A DNA stretch of 64,000 nucleotides from Mobula birostris. Lineage: Eukaryota. The number at the start of each line of letters is the position of its first letter. Position 1 is the first letter of the stretch. Shown in pieces: positions 62,115 through 64,000 of this stretch. A model generated the notes under the pieces. It saw only the letters and a list, made by a program, of their open reading frames with translations. It was not told where the DNA came from and ran no database searches. The translations under genes and the position numbers were made by a program. The stretch covers positions 73,186,505 to 73,250,504 of the forward strand of contig NC_092381.1 in the NCBI RefSeq assembly GCF_030028105.1, in the 5' to 3' direction.

Positions 62115-63464
62115 CTGAAAGTAAGATGGAAAATGAAAATTAAAATGTATGTCAGAAACTAATACTTGCCTATTTTGAAATTCAATTTAACTTACCAAAA
62201 AAATCTCCATTACAACATGTTGTTTTAACAGAAGTCAGAAGCAAATAAAAAATTGGAAATCTGAAGTGTACTAATAATCGATTGCAATTGAATAGAAAAA
62301 TATTTGCATGTGCTTGTAGTACAGCATTAATTCTGTATCAGACTAGTTCTATTTTTATTATTATGTTGTAACAATAGTGTAATTAAATAAATTTATTTAT
62401 ATTTATTGGTAATTCACTATTGATGACACTGATCTACCAAAATTGGTAGAGGGATCAATGAGGAATAAATGCTCTCATACAGAAGTAGTAGGGGTCTGGA
62501 ACTCCTGCCTATCAGAGAGATACAAGTAAAAACCCTCATCACATTTAAACATTACTTGGGCTGCTGGATCTAGTGTGGAAGGTGATGATCCAAATGTGAT
62601 GAATTGAACAGTCTTCCACTGTGTCATAAAGTTTCAATGCTCTTTTGATTCCTCTTGTGAATTGCTGGATAGGTACCTCACCCTCAGGCACAGCAATTTC
62701 CCTCAGCTGCTCTAAACTCTTGATGTCCCACAGATCTAATTGTGTTCGAGGCTTCGTTGCTACAGCTGCCCTCAAAGGGATGCCCATCGACAGTAATTAC
62801 ACCTCTGACAGTGCGTCCCGACCACACCGCCCTGTTTGGCCTATCAAATCAATCTGCCCTGACTGGCCTGTCAAATCCATTTCAGCTACTTCTACATTCA
62901 CTGAAGAGTAGCAATTGAAATAAATTACATTTTTTAAACAAAGGAATTATTTAAAGGAATTAAAAATTGAACCATACTTAGTCATAATCTATTTAACATG
63001 TATATCAACTAAAACATTCACATTAATTAAAATAACAAGCAAAAAAAATCTAACGGCTTGGCTTTATTTGGGAGGTATAGATCACTGGCATTTATTCCCC
63101 GTGCATAGTTATGCATTGAGCTGTTTTTGATGGTCTATCCTGAAGAACAATTAAGTGTCAAGTATATTGCCCTGGGACAGGAGTCACAATAGGACTAAAC
63201 CAGATTAGGGCCAAAGGCATCCTTCACTAGAGGACATTACTGAACCTGGTGGGAGTTTAGGATATCTCAGCGGCTCTACTGTTACTTTTATGGACTCTTT
63301 TCACATTGCTCTTGAAATTCTCATACAGCGATGCTGGGATTTGAACCTGCATTCTCACAGGCATGATTCTATGGTGCTGTACACTCTCTGGTAGACTGTT
63401 AAATTGGCTTGTGTACACAACAGATTCATGTTGTGAGTACAAGAAAATTATTTGACAGCCCTGA

Positions 63465-64000
63465 TCCATAGAACCATAGGACACTGCAGCACAGAAAACA
63501 GGCCATTCCGCCCTTCTAGTCTGTGTCGAAACATTATTCCACTAGTCCCATTGACCTGCATCCAGTCCATAACTCTCCAGACCTCTCCCATCCACGTACC
63601 TATCCAATTTATTCTTAAAACTTAAGAGTGAGCCCGCATTCACCACGTCAGATGGCAGCTGTTCCACACTCCCACCACTCCCTGAGTGAAGAAGTTTCCC
63701 CTAAACCTTTCCCCTTTCACCCTAAAGCCATGTTCTCTCGTGTTTATCTTCCTAATCTAAATGGAAAAAGCCTATTCACATTTACTCTGTCTATAACCAT
63801 CATAATTTTGTAAACCTCTATCAAATCTCCCCTCATTCTTCTATGCTCCAAGGAATAAAGTCCTAACCTGTTCAATCTTTCCCTGTAACTCAACTCCTGA
63901 AGACCCGGCAACATCCTAGTAAATCTTCTCTGCACTCTTTCAATCTTACTGATATCTTTCCTATAGTTAGGTGACCAGAACTGTACACAATGCTCCAAAT
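63465..64000 (-). mobile_element. CR1 LINE 3' fragment (runs off window)
   Basis: EHCVQFWSPNYRKDISKIERVQRRFTRMLPG...RGDLIEVYKIM. Confidence 0.92.

Overview
This is eukaryotic genomic DNA, most likely a cartilaginous fish (ray/skate), judged from its CR1, Penelope, Tigger and Tc1-MITE repeats. The whole window lies inside one very large minus-strand gene encoding tandem, mostly six-cysteine fibronectin type III modules of the FNDC7 type. I mapped 39 coding exons (38 complete, one cut by the window edge) plus one dead exon. Each exon encodes one domain, complete exons are 255, 258 or 261 nt, and all are phase-1/phase-1 with GT-AG boundaries. The spliced frame in the window is about 9,976 nt (about 3,325 aa), with no start, signal peptide, TM segment or stop visible. 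The exons form a strict nine-module super-repeat (M1-M9, 779 aa) present about 4.4 times (units U1-U5, high to low coordinate). Same-position exons of different units are up to about 99% identical, while most flanking introns are unalignable and carry different transposons. Shared variants are mosaic, which points to exon-focused concerted evolution (gene conversion). Unit U2 has lost M9 as a splice-dead pseudo-exon. M8 is His-rich and Cys-depleted. Introns hold Penelope-derived elements with decayed minimal hammerhead ribozyme motifs, two of them folded back at the ribozyme.
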